Assembly (NCBI GenBank): GCA_009103225.1
Contig: RHPI01000026.1
Location: forward strand, 62,001 to 126,000
Direction of reading: 5' to 3'
DNA length: 64,000 nt
DNA from: Chlorokybus atmophyticus
Lineage: Eukaryota > Plantae > Mesostigma and Chlorokybus algae
Positions 61,151 through 64,000 of the stretch are shown one piece after another. The notes below the pieces were generated by a model that did no database searches, was not told where the DNA came from, and saw nothing but the letters and a program-made list of their open reading frames with translations. The number at the start of each line of letters is the position of its first letter. Positions within the stretch are counted from its first letter, which is position 1. The position numbers were made by a program, and so were the translations under genes.

Positions 61151-63836
61151 AGCAGTGTCATTCTCTCATCAAAGTGTGCTTACACAGCAGGTCACGGTGG
61201 CTGGCAACACTCCTACGCTGCTCACCCAAGCCATGTCAGGGGTGCTTCCTCCGACTGGGCACCCAATGGCATAAGCAGCACACACATGCCAGCATGGTGA
61301 ACGTCGTGTACATAATGTGTACAAGCTGATGTAGGCTTTGATGTGACATTGAAGCAACACAACTTGCAGTGGGTCACACTTGAGACTGGCACAGTGTATG
61401 AGTCATGCTACAATGTATTGTTAGGTGCTGTATAGGCAGGAGACGGTTGTTCTTGTACGTGCTTGTTTGCAGTCGGTGGGTTTGTGCTTGTGTGGTGTCC
61501 TGTAGATCAGTGTGCAGTCCCCGCTTCACATAATAAACGCAGCACCTCTCTGTCCATGGACACCCGTTGGTGCAGCGTTTTTCCCATGGCATTGTGTGTA
61601 TTGAGCCCGCGCGCTGGCCGTTGCAGCTATCGTGCTTCAGCTTGTGCCTCGGTGGCTACCCATGCAGCACTTACATGTAGGTACGCACACTGCCTGGTGC
61701 TGGCTCAGCCACTGGTTTGGGTGGTGATTGAGTGGGTTACAGGCAATCACTGCCTGTAACCCACATCATGATGATGTAGCACACATGCTGCTGCGTTACA
61801 CATACCAGACAAAGCAGCCTGGCAGTGCATGTTCAAGGTTCTTTTCAACCTTGCAAGATTGAAGATGTTGTAACCGCTGTGCATGCATGTAGCTTACGGT
61901 AGCCGCGCACGCTGCATGCCACAGTGTGTTTGCAGCGCGTTTGCAACAGATTGCAGGTGCTCACTTCACTTGAACGTACACACAAAAACACACGAGTATA
62001 CATCCGAACATTGGAATGCTGACGCACACAAAGGCGCACACGCGTTTGTGCACATGTGTTCACATGCGCATGCACACCTTGCATGCACGAATTGCCCACT
62101 CCTTGTAAACACTGCATAACACGCACACACGTGCATGCACATGTACGTAGATATGTGCATGCCCAAGCATGTATACATGCATGCAAGCACACGCGCAGGC
62201 ACGCCCAAGCATGTGTACATGCAAGCATACACAGGATACAACAAATGGCTGATTAACAATAGAGGCCAATCAGTGGGACATGGTATTCAGCATTTCAGCA
62301 CAAAGACGTGCATAACATACAGCCAAAGCATATATTGCAATGCAACAGCACGCATACATGCGCACACGTATGCGCATAAGTATTTAAAGTTGTACTGTCA
62401 TGATGCACAACCATATGCGTGTCTTTAAGTACATCATTGCTGATATACGCAGCGCATATTGCTCGTATTGTTATAAGTGGTTATGTAAGTACTCAAGTAT
62501 AGTGTGCAGTATTCATATTATCATATGCATCATTGAGTGGTGCACGCAACAAGGTTTATTGGGATCCGTTGCTGATCCCGATTTGCATATACAGCTTTAA
62601 AACTTTATGGACAAACATGTGCTATGATTGTAATGTACTCATAATGTAAATACATAAACATGTCATGCATGCCATGTTTGTCCAAGATAAGCAACTGAAG
62701 CTTTATTTACAAACACATATAAACATGTGATAAAATCTTTAAGAACATGTTATGCATACTTTTATAATCTCATAGATTGAGATCTCAAAACCTTATGGAA
62801 TGTTGCCACTTTAATTGTAGACCACGCCACATCATGTGGCATAGTACCAATATTCTACACTTGTGGACGCCTTAATACATGCACTGCCGTAAAGCCTTCA
62901 CGGTGAAGGTCGCTTCAACGACGCCATCATGTTGACACCCCCAATCCACAGCGCGGGTGACTCACCGCGCGGACATGCCAATCATTCGTACCGGATAGCA
63001 TACAATATACATGCCGTGCCAGCTGGCAGGTGACGTGGCCGTGACTGCGCTGGTGCTGGCGGCGGCGGCGGCGGCGGCGGCGGTGGGGTCGTCGCTGCCG
63101 TGGCGGTCGTTGTCGTTAGGGTCAAAAGGTTTTGTTGAACGAAATTGCCAATTAGGGTTGAGCTCCGGTGTCGTCTCTGGCCCAGCAGCTGCTTCGCCAC
63201 GTTGCCGGTATGCGCCGCCCTCGCCTCCACTGCTTGCTGCGCGGTTGCTTGCTTGCTGCGCACAGCTTTGCTTGCAAGCGAGTCCCCTAAGTTGTGGTGG
63301 TGAAAGGATCACCGCATGGCTGATAGCTCAGTGACAGTGAACCGGCACGCACAGTGTTTGCGTGGGTGCGTGCGCGCTCAGTCACGCCGTCTCAGTCTGT
63401 GCACTGCATGCCTACCTTTCTACTGCTTCTGCTGACTGAGTTAGGGTTTTAAACGTTGCAGCAGGTTGGTATGCAAACTTAAACTTAGAGGTAGGTTGAA
63501 CCCGCTGCTTGTGCTGGTACTACTGGTGCTGGTACTGCTCCTGCACATTACATGCATGACAACTATAGTGGGCTGACATGCAGCGCTTGTTGTTGTTGTT
63601 CGTAAAGTCATTGACACATCAGGAAGCCATACGCGTTTACTCACATGCATCAAGTTCAAAGCAAGCAGCTTAACCTCTGTCAAGCGCCTACATGCATGAA
63701 GTAGTGATCAACCTCACTCTTAATATTACACGTCCAGAGTCTCAACTGCACGCGCAACTTCTGCAAAAAGGTGCCGTCAACCACGAGTTTCCTTACAACA
63801 CAAGAATGACAACAAAGTGAAGCTTGCCAGCAACAA

Positions 63837-63867
<31 letters not shown>

Positions 63868-63875
63868 TGCCAAGC

Positions 63876-64000
63876 ATGGCGACGTGGATCGGCGCGCTTC
63901 AGCTGTTCATCTTCTACTGCGCGTGGATCGGCGGCTCCCTCTTCCCGCTGGTCATGCTCGTCCTGCTTATCCACACACGCGACATCCGCTGGCTCACCAT
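63876..64000 (+). CDS. 5' end of a membrane protein (hydrophobic N-terminus, possibly DGAT2/MGAT-like), truncated by the window end
   Basis: ATG followed by MATWIGALQLFIFYCAWIGGSLFPLVMLVLLIHTRDIRWLT with GC-ending codons. Too short to assign a family. Confidence 0.5.
   Translation, partial: MATWIGALQLFIFYCAWIGGSLFPLVMLVLLIHTRDIRWLT

Noticed and set aside
62962-63334. Overlapping Ala/Pro-rich ORFs on both strands
   Set aside because: They are driven by (GCG)n repeats, and no consistent downstream exons could be linked.
1-64000. tRNA, rRNA, snRNA genes, CRISPR arrays or prophage
   Set aside because: No matching structures were seen; the tandem repeats present are coding repeats, microsatellites or simple duplications without spacers.

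Overview
Eukaryotic nuclear DNA from an intron-rich, gene-dense green alga. It is most likely an early-diverging streptophyte alga; this is an inference from land-plant-type orthologues occurring together with a flagellar radial-spoke gene. I assembled about 16 spliced protein-coding genes by hand: a Rubisco-activase-like AAA+ protein (partial), a 2,184-aa low-complexity protein ending in a CaaX box, a DUF212 protein, a small plastid membrane protein, PLAC8, an SPD1/Ycf45-like ATPase, a TPR-containing hypothetical, DSK2/ubiquilin, a secreted ~192-aa protein, a phosphopantetheinyl transferase, an acidic hypothetical, a mitochondrial basic-amino-acid-type carrier, RSP11, a p47/PUX protein, CAP, and a truncated membrane protein at the right edge. 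Non-genic features are a decayed Penelope-like retroelement, a 599-bp-arm inverted repeat with a nested MITE-like element, microsatellites and assembly gaps. No rRNA, tRNA or CRISPR array was found. The most interesting items are: (1) an intron-containing secreted protein that resembles, from memory, an uncharacterised actinobacterial secreted family and has gained a plant-type RKLLQ processing site (horizontal-transfer candidate); (2) the long inverted repeat just upstream of it; (3) a ~15-kb domain where G/T versus C/A skew is phased to splice sites; (4) a perfect 15-bp hairpin with the PPTase upstream AUG in its loop; (5) a recent intron/exon gain by tandem duplication in the giant CaaX gene; (6) two GC-AG introns in RSP11. 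All homology calls come from reading translations, not from database searches.
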